Shown here: in pieces, positions 12,596-23,730 of the stretch | Layout of the letters: each line of letters begins with the position of its first letter | Position numbering within the stretch: position 1 is the first letter of the stretch | Assembly (NCBI RefSeq): GCF_018350175.1 | Contig: NC_058368.1 | Coordinates: 56,236,001 to 56,300,000 of the forward strand | Origin: Felis catus | Lineage: Eukaryota | Length of the DNA stretch: 64,000 nucleotides | Direction: 5' to 3' | Program-made: the position numbers and the translations under genes | The notes under the pieces: model-generated | Database searches by the model: none | Seen by the model: the letters and a program-made list of their open reading frames with translations, nothing else | Told to the model about the DNA's origin: nothing

Positions 12596-14248
12596 CACTT
12601 CTTATTTATTCACTCATCTGTCCATCGACATTTGGGCTGGTTCCATAATTTGGCTATTGTAAATAATACTGCAATAAACATATTGAATTAGTGGGTTTTT
12701 TTTGGGGGGGGATAAATACCCAGTAGTGGGATTACTGGATCATATGATAGTTCTATTTTTAATTTTTTGAGGAACATCAATACCATTTTCTACAGTGGCT
12801 GCACCAGTTTGCCTTGCCACCAACAGTGTGAGAGGATTCTCTTTTCTTTGCATTCTCCCTGGCACCTGTGTCTTGTGATGCTCATTTTAGCCCTTCTGAC
12901 AAGTGTGAAGTGATATCTCATTGAGTTTTGATTTGGATCTCCCTAATGATAAGTGATGCTGAGCACCTTTTCATGTATATGCTGGCCATTCTTATGTCTT
13001 CTTTGGAGAAATGTCTGCTTATGTCTTCTGCTCATTTTTAATTGGATTATTTGTTTTTGGGGTGTTGAGCTGTGTAAGCTATTTATATATTTTGGATACT
13101 AACCCTTTATCAGATATGTCATTTGCAAATATATTCTCCCATTCAATAGATTGCCTTTTAGTTTTGTTGATTGTTTCCTTTGCTCTATAGAAGCTTTTTT
13201 ATTTTGATGTAGTCACAGTTGTTTATTATTGCTTTTATTTCCTTGCCTCAGGAGACATATCTAGAAAAATGTTGTTATGGTCAATGTCAGAGAAATTACT
13301 ACCTGTGCTCTCTTCAGGATTTTTATGGTTTTAGGTCTCACATTTAGGTCTTTAATTCATTTTGAGTTTATTTTTGTGCATGGTGAAAAACAGTGGTCCA
13401 GTTTCATTCTTTTGCATGTAGCTGTCCAGTTTTCCCAATACCATTTGTTGAAGAGACTGTCTTTCCCATTGTATATTCTTTCTTCCTTTGTAGAAAATTA
13501 ACTGACCATGTAATTGTGGATTTATTTCTGAAGTGTCTATTCTGTTCCATTGCCTTCCATGTCTATTTTTATGCCAGTTACATACCATTTTAGTTACTTC
13601 CACTTTGTAATATAAATTGATATTAGGAATTGTGATACCTCCAGATTTGTTTTTATTTTTCAAAATTGCCTAGTCTATTTGAGGTCTTTTGTGGTTCCAT
13701 ACAAATTCAAGGATTATTTGTTCTAGTTCTCTCAAAACAAGAATCCCTTGCAAGGATTTAATTGCTTTGGTTAGTAGAAACATTTAACAATGTTTGTTCT
13801 TCCAACCTATGACCATGGAATGTCTTTCCATTTCTTTGTGTCATCTCTAGTTTCTTTCATCATTGTACTGTAGTTTCAGAGTTCAGGTCTTTCAACTCTT
13901 TGGCTAAGTTTATTCTTAGATATTTTATCATTTTTAGTGCAATTGTAAATGAGATTATTTTCTTAATTTCACTTTTTACTCCTTCCTTATTAGTGTGTAG
14001 GAATTCAGCAGATTTCTATGCATTAGTTTTGTATGCTGTGACTTACTGAACTCATTTATCAGTTCTAGTAGATTTTTTGGTAGAGTCTTTAGGGTTTTCT
14101 ATATGTAGTATAATGTCATCTGAAATAGTGAGAGTTTTAGTTCTTCCTTACCAATTTGGATGATTTTATTTCTTTATATTGTCTAATTGCTGCATCCAGG
14201 ACTTCCAGTACTATATTGAATAAAAGTGGTTAAGAACGGACATACTTA

Positions 14249-14483
14249 GGGGTGCCTGGGTGACTGAGTCAGTTAAGCATCCGACTTCAGTTCAAGTTAT
14301 GATCTCACAGCTGATGAGTTTGAGGCCTGAGTTGGGCTCTGTGCTGATAGTTCAGAGACTGGAGCCCGCTTAAGATTCTGTGTCTCCCTCTCTCTCTGCC
14401 CCTAGCCGCCCTCCCCACCACTCTCCCCCACCCCCCGCTCATGCTCTCTCTTTTTCTCAAAAATAAATAAACATTAAAAAAAA
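14249..14483 (+). mobile_element. Can-SINE inside L1
   Basis: Canonical head and tail; TSD core GGACATACTT at 14238-14247 and 14490-14499. Confidence 0.95.
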
Positions 14484-14910
14484 TTGAGTGGACATACTTG
14501 TCTTGTTCCTGACCTTAAGGGAAAATGTCTTAGTTTTTTATAATTGAGTATGATGTTAGCTGTGCTTTTTCACATAAGACATTTATTATGTTGAGGTAAG
14601 TTCCCTCTAAACCTACTTTTCAGAGGGTTTTTATCATGAATAGATGTTGTACTGTATCAAATGCTTTTGCTGCATCTATTGAAATGACATATAGTTTTTA
14701 TCCCTTCTCTTATTGATAAGACATATCACATTGATTTATTTATAAATATTGTACTACTCTTGCATCCAGGAATAAATTCCACTTGATCGTGATGTATGAT
14801 TTTTTTTTAATGTTTTGCTGGATTCAGTTTTCTAGTATTTTGTTGAGGATTTGTGCAGTGATGTTCATGAGAGATAGTGGCCTGTAGTTCTCTTTTTTTG
14901 TGATGTCTTT

Positions 14911-15123
14911 TTTTTTTTTTAATGTTTATTTACTTTTGAGACAGAAAGAAACAGAGCGCGAGCAAGGGAGGGGCAGAGAGAGAGGGAGACACAGAATCCA
15001 AAGCAGGCTCCAGGCTCTGAGGTGGCAGCACAGAACCTGATGCGGGGCTCGAACCCACGAACTGTGAGATCATGACCTGAGTCGAAGTCGGACACTCAAC
15101 CGACTGAGCCACCCAGGCGCCCC
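14911..15123 (-). mobile_element. Can-SINE inside L1
   Basis: TSD TGTGATGTCTTT at 14899-14910 and 15124-15135. Confidence 0.95.
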
Positions 15124-15448
15124 TGTGATGTCTTTATCTGGTTTTGTTATCAAGGTGATACTGGCCTCATAGAATGAATTTTTAAGTTTTCCTTCCCTTT
15201 GTACTTTTTGAAATAGTTTGAGAAGAATAGGTATAAACTCTTTAAATGTTTGCTAGAATTTTCCTGTGAAGCTCTCTGGTCCCAGACTTTTGTTTTTTTG
15301 CAGTTTTTTGATTACTGATTCAGTTTCATTGCTGGTAAAGCAATGTCTATTCAATTTTTTTTTATTTCTTCTTGCTTTAGTTTTGATAGGTTATATGTTT
15401 CTTGAAATTTACCCATTTTTTTCTAAATTGTCCAGTTTAATGGCTTAG

Positions 15449-15763
15449 TGTGGTAGAGTGCCCTCCCTAAGGAATGTGGTGAAAAACTCCAAGATAAGAG
15501 ATAGCAACCTGGCTATGTATGCTTAAGTGACATTCCTCACAATTCTGTAACATAAGACCACCCAATCAGACCTTATGTCTGCATGTAACCATGTATGGGA
15601 GACAAAGACGTAGAAATTGTATAAAAGGCAAAATCCCTCTGTGCTTGGAGCTCAGTTTTTTTGAGTATGAGCCCACTGAGCCCATTCCAGCACGAATAAA
15701 GTTGCTTCCTGGAAAAAAAGTGTTGGTGTCATGACTCTCTGGACAAACGTTGGTCCCGTTACA
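15449..15763 (+). mobile_element. Solo ERV LTR (ERV1-like, about 315 bp) inside L1
   Basis: TG...CA ends, TATAAAA 15620-15626, AATAAA 15695-15700, near-TSD TTAG/ATAG; L1 sequence resumes on both sides. Confidence 0.8.
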
Positions 15764-15934
15764 ATAGGTTTGAATAATATAGGCATTCCTAATATTACAA
15801 TTGTATTTCTATGGAGTTGGTTGTTATTTCTCCTCTTTCATTAGTGATTTTGTTTATTGTAGTCCTCTCTCTTTCCCTCTTTCTCTCTCATTTTTTTTTA
15901 CATTTGGATGAGTCTGGGTAGAGGTTTGTGTAAT

Positions 15935-17170
15935 TTTTATATACCACTGTTGGTATGTAATTTGGCACAACACGTGCACAAAATATTTGATGGTTTCTAG
16001 CAAGGCTGAAATATCCTATTACTCAATGGTTTCACTCTTAGGTGTATATCTCCTAAAACCTGTCTATATATTTGCTAAAAGATGTGTACAAGAATATTGG
16101 AGTGCCTGGGTGGCTCAGTCGGTTCAGCGTCCGACTTCGGCTCAGGTCATGATTTCACGTTTTGTGATTTCGAGCCCCACATCGGGCTCTGTGCTGACAG
16201 CTTGGAGCCTGGAGCCTGCTTTGGATTCTGTGTCTCCCTCTCTCTCTACCCCTCCCTGGCTTGTGCTCTGTTTCTTTCTCTCAAAATGAATACACATTAA
16301 AAAAAAATAAAAAAATAAAGATGTGTACAAGAATATTAATAGGATCACTATTTGTAATAGCCCTAAATTGGAAGCCAACCATATAATCTTCAATGTTAGA
16401 TTGGATAAATAAATTTGAGGACAATATATAGTATTGGGAATAAACAAAGTACTACTATGAGTGATAACATAAATCAATTTTATAAACTCGACATTGAGTA
16501 AAAGAACACTGAAGCAAAATTATTATAGGTTTTTAAGAAGGCATAATCTATGCTGTTAGAAGACAAGATAGTAGTGTTACCTACAAATGGCATTAATACC
16601 TACAAATGGCATAATAAATATGGGACGATTTTAGAGTTCTAGTCATTTTGGGTTTCTTGGTGTCATATTGGTTATTTAGGAACATTTATCTTATTTTTTT
16701 ATGTATCTTATGTTTTTCTTATGTATTTTATCTTCAATAAATTAAAAAAATAAAATAGGGTATAAACTAAGAAATATGTGAAATAATTCTAGTTATAAAA
16801 ATAAAAAATATATCAAAATACATTTGAAATAAAAACATAGAGAAAAATTATGATTATTTGTGGACTGGCAGAAGCAATATATAAAATAAATCCATTTTCC
16901 CTAAATTTATCTAAAGATATGTTATCTTAATAAAATTCTCAACAGGCAATTTCATTTGTCTTTGATCTTTATGAAACTTGAAAATCCAAAACTATAATAT
17001 ACAGAATTGAAAAATGAAAGCCAAGATACTCTTTAGAAAAAAGAACAAGTCAGGAGGACTTAAACCAGCAAGTATAATAAGGCATGGTAAAACTTCAGTG
17101 ATTAAGCAAATACACAATTATAGACCAGTAGACAAATATGGCATATTTAAAAAGGTCAGAAACAATCTTT
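15935..17170 (+). mobile_element. Old L1 (L1ME-like) 3' UTR and ORF2 fragments
   Basis: TTTCACTCTTAGGTGTATATC...TTTGTAATAGCCCTAAATTGGAAGC; ORF 17014-17283 KKNKSGGL resembles ORF2. Confidence 0.65.
16099..16316 (+). mobile_element. Can-SINE
   Basis: 21-bp TSD AAAGATGTGTACAAGAATATT at 16078-16098 and 16317-16337. Confidence 0.95.
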
Positions 17171-17397
17171 CACATATAGTGTTGGAAAATAAATTTAAAA
17201 CCTCAATCTCCTCCAATTCAGAAAACATCTCCAGAAGAGTAGAAAAGAAAAACAAAACAAAACACAGTTTTATTTTTAAATAACCATTAAACCAGAATGT
17301 GATATGCATCATAGGCAATCCGATAAGAGACTATAAAGACAGAAAAAAAAATCATCATTTTAATAGCCAAACAGAATGCAACCCACTTGTGATGGTT

Positions 17398-17832
17398 TAT
17401 TAAAAAAATTTGTTTTCATGTTTATTTAAAAAAATTTTAATATTTTTATTTATTTTTGAGACACAGAGAGCAGGGGAGAGGCAGAGAGAGAGGGAGACAC
17501 AGAATCCAAAGTAGGCTCCAGGCTCCGAGCTGTCAGCACAGAGCCCGACGCGGGGCTTAAACTCACAGACTGTGAGATCATGCCCTGAGCCGAAGTTGGA
17601 TGCTCAACCGACTGAGCCACCCAGGCGCCCCTCATGTTTATTTATTTTTGAGAGAGACAGATAGAATGCAAGTGAGGGAGGGGCAGAGAGAGGGAGACAC
17701 AGAATCTGAAGCAGGCTCTAGGCTCTGAGCTGTCAGCACAGGGTGCACCACAGGGCTCAAATTCACTAACTGAGGAGATCATGGCCTGAGCCGGAATCAG
17801 ATGCATAACTGACTGAGCCATCCAGGTGCCCC
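17398..17832 (-). mobile_element. Can-SINE (outer) inside MLT2
   Basis: TSD GTGATGGTT at 17389-17397 and 17833-17841. Confidence 0.9.
17429..17631 (-). mobile_element. Can-SINE (inner) inserted in the tail of the outer SINE
   Basis: TSD TCATGTTTATTTA at 17416-17428 and 17632-17644. Confidence 0.9.
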
Positions 17833-19950
17833 GTGATGGTTAATTTTATATATTGACTTGATTGGGGCACAGAGTACCCAACTATTTGGTCATATATGAT
17901 TCTGGGTGTGGCTGTGAGGTTTCTAGATGAAATTTAACATTTTAGTTGGTAGACCAAGTAAAGCAGATTGCCCTCACTAATGTGGGTAGGTCCATCTAAT
18001 GGGCTGAAGACCTGACTAGAATAAAAGAGATCTGACCATCCTGTAAGTAAGAAGCAATTCCTCAAATGCCTTTGAGCTAGAACATGGTTTTGCTTTGGTT
18101 TTGCATTTTTTCTGTCTTAGGCAGAAGGGAAAAATCAGCTCTTGCTGGGTCTTGTGTACCTAATGACCTTCAGAGTGAGACTATATCAGCCCTCCCGGTT
18201 CTCCTGCTTTTAGACTCTGGCTGTTACTAGACCATCAAGTCTCCATGGTCTCCAGCTTGAGGATGGCAGATCATGGGACTTGTCAGCCTCCATGATTGCA
18301 TAAGCCACTTCCTTATAATAAATCTTTTTATGTATTGGTTTTGTTTCTCTCGGGAACCCTGACTAATACATCATTACATAAATGTTCTCAAGATAAACAA
18401 TAACTAGTCCTAGATTTAGAGCATTTGACAGCAACATTTGTCATATATAGATAGTTCCTTCTAAATTCACTTAGTAGCTGAGTTGACCATCTGTGTTTGT
18501 GTACTGACTTTATCCAAAGGAAAATAATCTTCTCTTATGTTTTGTGACAAGATCATAGTTTTGCAACTTGGAGTGAGAAGTCAGTCAATTAGCTGACATT
18601 GGGCTCTGACCCTCCTGCAGAAATAAAGAGATAAGGATGCTTTTTAACTTGATAATCATTTATCAAAGAGATGAATCCTAGGCTCCTGAGAAAGCCATCC
18701 CTGGGTCTCAAAGTTGGCAAGAGGCTTATTTAGCTTTTGAAATGATTTACATATATTTCACAGATACTGAGAAAGAACTTACAATTACACATTTTCTAAA
18801 ATAAATACTTCAAGAAAAGGGACGGGTAGAAGTCTTTTCCCTTATTTTCAAGAAGAATTAAGCCTTTTATTTTTTATATAAATAAAAATATTTACAACCT
18901 CCTACCTGTGTTATAAAATAGTAATATTGCAATTTTTTAATTATTTTTAAAATAATTTTTGAACAAGTTGCAGCTGTCTAAATGTCTAGCAAGTTCACAA
19001 TAAAATAGGAAGCAAACCAGTTCTCAGAATAATGATAGAATAACTGAATTACTGATATTGTTTCTAAAAGTCAGCATATTACTTGCCTTTGGGGACAGCC
19101 TTTGAATATGCCATACCACTAATGAATGGTCACATCAGATTCTTGGTCCAAAATATACAAAATATTTCTTGGTCATCCATTAATTTTACAAATTGTTGTG
19201 ATGATACTATTGCTTTCAAGTTCAAATGATTAACAATCTAACTATTATTTAGTAGTTCCTTATGAAGGCTTACCCAATTTAATCTTAAGGAATAGCTTAA
19301 CTCTGGAGCCTAATAATCTAAATTTGTAATCAAGTGTTTTCTTGCAAGATCCAATAAATATCTCATGAGTTTCAGTCAATCACATGCCATCATATTTATA
19401 TGACCTTTGTTTTAGGCTCTTTATTATATGACTTTTATTAGTCCCTTTAGTAATTGTTCTATTTTTCCGAATATGAAAGGCAAAGATATCTATGACCATC
19501 ATCTGCTATCACTGTCTTATAATGTGGTATGCATAGAAAGGTACAGATTGAACTTCCAGTGTTTATTGTATATGGCTCTAATGGTTTTAAGTCCTTATAG
19601 ACTTAATTTTTTTGTGTTGGATCTAAATCAGTAATTATACTATTATAGCAGTTAACAGTCATGAATAACAGTCATTCACCTTTGTTTATTTATTTATATT
19701 GGTACTGGAGTGAACTTGCACCCAAATTAATTGAGTGATATTAGACCTTGCTTTTGCAGACTCTATCTGTAATTGCTGGATTTCTGTTTATCTATTATTT
19801 AAATGTTTTTTTTTTTCTGTACTATCCTTTCAGTGAAACCAATTACCAAAACAATTTTGTGTCAAGTTTAGGGCCTGAGTACCTAGATGCATCTTAATCA
19901 CTTTTACTTTTGTTATTATCAACAATTGCTGATAAAACTGGTCTGACTTT

Positions 19951-20184
19951 GGGGTGCCTGGGTGGTTCAGTTGGTAAAGTGTAAGACACTTGATTTCAGC
20001 TCAGGTCATGATCTTACAGTTCATGAGATTGAGCCCCCAATTCAGGCTCCTCGCTGTCAACGTGGAGCCTGCTTAGAATCCTCTCTCTCTCTCTCTGCCT
20101 CTCCCCTACTTACATGGCAACATGCACGCACACTCTCTCTTTCTCTCTCTCCATAATAAATAAATAAACAAACAAACAAAAAAA
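19951..20184 (+). mobile_element. Can-SINE inside env
   Basis: Canonical head and tail; TSD about TGGTCTGACTTT / TGGTCTGAGTTT. Confidence 0.9.
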
Positions 20185-20700
20185 GGTGGTCTGAGTTTTA
20201 CACTATCAGTAATTAGATTGTTGAACTTCTAAGTCCAGGTCCCATTTAACTGGAAGTACAATTTAGAGATAATCAGAAATAAGATTGTGGGACAATTCCT
20301 GGAAGTACAGAAAGAAAATTATAATGTAACAAACGATAGGTTTATTTTCTAGTAAAATGTGATTCTTCAATAAAGTAATTTAAATAAACCTACTGTGACT
20401 AGGACACCCAGACAGTCTATGGCATTTTGCTAGAATTCCTCGTTTTAGTTTTTAGTTTATTTACTGCCAGTATTGTTACTGATCTATCCTAGCTACTATT
20501 CAGGAAACAAACAGGTGAGTCTGGCACAGTGCATCAGCCAATCGCTCTGTCCCAGGGAACTCTGAAGAGGACTGGACAAATAGAAAGCATAGCTGCTGGC
20601 TGGGTTTGCCAACACTGTTGCTGAACAAACTCAGATAACGTCATTGCAAGAGAAGCCAGTAACTCAGATCAGTGTTTGGGGAAAAAAAAAGAAAAGAAGA

Positions 20701-20703
20701 AAT

Positions 20704-20742
<39 letters not shown>

Positions 20743-20805
20743 TTTGAAAGTATTTTTTTTAAGTTTATTTAGTTATTTTAAGAAAGAGAATGCAAGCAGA
20801 GGAGG

Positions 20806-20855
<50 letters not shown>

Positions 20856-20982
20856 ATCCCAAGCAGGTGCCACGCTGTCAACGCAGAGCCCAATAAGGTG
20901 CTTGATACCAAGATCCTAGGATCATGACCTGAGCCAAAATCAAGAGTGGGATGCTCAACTGACTGAGCCACCCAGGTGCACC
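20701..20982 (-). mobile_element. Can-SINE with (TTTA)n tail inside env
   Basis: Antisense head CTGAGCCACCCAGGTGC; (GA)n tract; no clear TSD. Confidence 0.9.
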
Positions 20983-21324
20983 TAGAGTTTTATAGAAGGA
21001 AGGTCAAAAGAGTAAGTGCAAGACAGCCAGCAGACAGCTTGTGATCATGGGTGGAGGTCAGTATGTGTTCAGGGGTGACCATGGGTAAAGAATAGGACAT
21101 GTGGGGCATTGGCTTGTAGATATTCCTGTTGTCATCAGGGCTTTTTTTGTCTGGCTGTTGGAATGTTTCCATCATTGCAAAAGATCTTCCACAATGCCTC
21201 CAGAAAGTATGATAAGAAATAAGAACAATGGGTTTCAGTTAGAGCAAGAGTTAAGCAGGTCTTGTCTTTTACTGGTTTTAACTGTTGGGGTCAACAGTTC
21301 AGCAAGAGAGCTCACTGAAAATGT

Positions 21325-22556
21325 CAGCCTAGAAATCTTAAATTCTTTGTAGGAAGCACAAACCAGTCCTTTTGAGCTGCTGGTTTCACATGGTAAGCGT
21401 GAATTCAGCTTTGATTTTATTTATTTATTTATTTGTTTGTTTGTTTGTTTGTTTGTTTTCCTTTGTTAGCCACATGCATGATCAGCAGCACTTGACAGGG
21501 TTTCTAGGAATAAGAAAAGCTCTTTTAAGTATTGGACATGATTATAAGAGGATTCAGTTGAGTCAGTTATAGGACATGGTCTCAGATCCAAATGTATAGA
21601 TATGCCAAACATAAATTTAAGGGTAGAAATGCAGTGCTTACTTCCAGATGTCACCCTAACTTTTAACAAAACCAGTGGTAAAGCTCTAGGACCTCTATCA
21701 CAGGAGGCTGCAGAATTTTAGCTGATATGTATTTAGAATTTGCCCTCTACTTGTCCAGGGCACTGAGGCTTGTAGGAATCTGCAAACATCTGCATAACCC
21801 TTGACAAGAGTAGAAATAAAGTGACTTCCTCAGTCCTACTCAATGTGCTGTGGTATCCCAAAAATGGGAATTATGTGTATTGAGAGAGACTTTACTACTG
21901 GAGGCATATTAGCTTTTGACGCAGGGAAATATTTCAGACCATCAGCCATCATACACACCATATCTAGACAAAATTCTTACTTTAGTCATATACGTTTTAC
22001 ACTTTGTTATATGAAATCCAAATCTACCAAGTTCCTAATACCTTTGGTCAGGCAGACTTCCCGTGCTACCTTGGGAATGGCCTGGAAAGAATTCTGCTGA
22101 CAAATGGCACATGTCTCTAATAAACTTTGAATGATTTCATAGTTTCCATAGGCATAGTAAGGGTCTGGTATCTTTAAAATCTCTCTTTTTACATTGATTT
22201 GGTTGGTTACACAACACTAACCAAGCAAATAGGTGGTAGAGGAAATGTCTGGTTAGATATCTCCCATAGTCCAGTCACATTCCTATTAGCCTTTGTAGAA
22301 GCCATGTGTCCATTTTGTTTTGTGAAGCATAGTTTTAAAAATGAATAAAAATTTTTATTGCATTAAAACAGAAGCCTCTATATCTGTAGTCTGTTATGTT
22401 TTAACAGCAGCTTTTGCAGTTCTGTCAGCAAAATTATTGCCTTTAGAAACTTCATGCTTCCACCCTGTGTGAGCTCTGCAATGAATTGCTGATAACTGAG
22501 CAGGCAGCTGCAAAGACTGACAAATCAGCTTTTGATGCTTCATGAGATATTTTTTT
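21325..22556 (-). pseudogene. pol: Decayed class I ERV pol (RNase H C-terminus and integrase)
   Basis: Hand translation: LPAQLSAIHCRAHTGWKHEVSKGNNFADRTAKAA (RNase H); LETCAICQQN (zinc finger); IIPIFGIPQHIE*D*GSHF; PQCPGQVEG; ALPLVLLKVRVTSGSKHCISTLKFMFG; S*IHAYHVKPAA (integrase C-terminal WIHASHVK motif, about 21410). Confidence 0.9.
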
Positions 22557-22600
22557 AGTTTTTATTGAAATAAAAATTTTCTCATTAAAAAAATACTCTA

Positions 22601-22800
22601 GGGGTGCCTGGGTGGCTCAGTCAGTTAAGTGTCGACTTCGGCTCAGGTCATGATCTCATTGTTCTTGAGTTCCAGCCCTGCGTCGGGCTCTGTGCTGACA
22701 GTTCAAAGCCCAGAGCCCGCTTCAACTTCTGTGTCTCCCTCTCTCTCTGCCCCTCTCCTCACTCTCTCTCTCTCTCTTAAAAATAAATAAACATTAAAAA
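22601..22800 (+). mobile_element. Can-SINE
   Basis: Canonical; flanked by AAAAAATACT on both sides. Confidence 0.95.
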
Positions 22801-23279
22801 AATACTGTGTTGCATGACAGATACCAATCATAATACTTGTTGTTGTTGTTGTTACTAGAGAGAGAGAAAGAAGAGGGAAAGGGAGAGAAAAAAAGTTCAC
22901 ATTTCTAAACCCTCAGAAACCAAATTATAACATTATGCCTTGCCTATGGAAGAGAATATATTTGCATTTATATTTTCTTCTTGATGTTTCTTTTTGATTG
23001 AGCTTAAGCAATTTTGAAATACCTTCACTCTAATCTCAATATAAATTCCATTTCTTACTAATATTTTATATTATTATTTTATATTTCGCTATTATAGGTA
23101 GTTGCATAATAATTTTCAGATAATACTCTGTGATTGAATTACATACTCACTAGGCCAATTCATTAGAAAATATGAAATATGTAATGTTTTGTTTAAATTT
23201 GACCACTATCTGCAGGTCACCTTTATAGACAAAGGACACATGGAAAGTGAAATGATACTAAAACAAAACAAAATTAAAC

Positions 23280-23410
23280 ACTCTGGATTCTGCCATTAAA
23301 TTGGTTATCATATGACTGTTTCTGCACAAGTTGTGTAATCTTTTGAACTTCTTAATTCTCATGTTCAAAACAAAGAAAATTGTATCTGCTTTTTCTGAGT
23401 TGTAGTAAGA
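23280..23410 (+). mobile_element. MIR fragment
   Basis: GATTCTGCCATT...GCACAAGTTGTGTAATCTTTTGAACTTC..TTCTCATG is a degenerate MIR core. Confidence 0.5.
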
Positions 23411-23541
23411 CAGTAAGGAAGACGGAAGAGAAAGCCTAGAGCTTGGGAATCTGACTTGCAAAGTGCAGGTAGCTCCATGATATTAGAATGAAGCTATAAA
23501 TACAGGCTTTATCTTTATGATTAGCTTTTCTTGTAAATAAG

Positions 23542-23730
23542 TTTTTTAAGTTTATTTTTATTTATTTTGAGAGAGAGAGAAAAAGAGAGCGAGCACAAGC
23601 AGGGAAGGGGCAGAGAAAGAGGTAGACAGAATCCCAAGCAGGCTCCACTAACAGGGGTCATTAGTGAGATCATGACCTGAGCTAAAATCAGAAATAAAAC
23701 GCTTAAGTGACTGAGCCACCCAGGCACCCC
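23542..23730 (-). mobile_element. Can-SINE
   Basis: Antisense head CTGAGCCACCCAGGCACCCC; GA tract; T tail. Confidence 0.9.

Larger units (their letters stand above)
12205..15930 (-). mobile_element. 5'-truncated carnivore L1 (3' UTR and decayed ORF2 C-terminal half), interrupted by two SINEs and a solo LTR
   Basis: ORF 13352-13663 reads [17 protein letters not shown]...WHKNRH..QWNRI; antisense GCATCTATTGA...GATTCAGTTT is RT region. Confidence 0.95.
17388..18370 (+). mobile_element. MLT2 (ERV-L) LTR
   Basis: TGTGATGGTTAATTTTAT...GTAAAGCAGATTGCCCTC...GTTTCTCTCGGGAACCCTGACTAATACA; degenerate 5-bp TSD CCACT/TCATT. Confidence 0.9.
17180..18896 (-). mobile_element. MER34-like ERV1 LTR (3' LTR of the provirus remnant), split by an MLT2 insertion
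   Basis: Minus strand runs TGTAAAT...AAAAGCTAAATAAGCCTCTTGCCA...GGACTAGTTATTGTTTATCTTGAGAAC | GGATTGCCTATGATGCATATCACATTCTGGTTTAATG...TTCCAACA, matching recalled MER34 family consensus; flanks ATAG and ACCT are not a TSD. Confidence 0.8.
18990..21240 (-). pseudogene. env: Decayed retroviral env (many stops and frameshifts, two SINE insertions)
   Basis: Lies between the integrase end and the PPT/LTR. Hand translation: signal-like PLFLFLIILSGGIV (about 21230), LSSPLQSSLGQSDWL (20579-20535), INTGSSICTFLCIPHYKTVIADDGHRYLCLS (19566-19474), NKGHINMMACD (19411-19379), IH*WYGIFKG/LSPKAS (about 19127-19080), then a hydrophobic anchor-like stretch. Confidence 0.65.

Noticed and set aside
18990..21240. 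Intact or co-opted env (HEMO or syncytin-like gene)
   Set aside because: Many stops and frameshifts plus two SINE insertions; the translation does not resemble HEMO as I recall it
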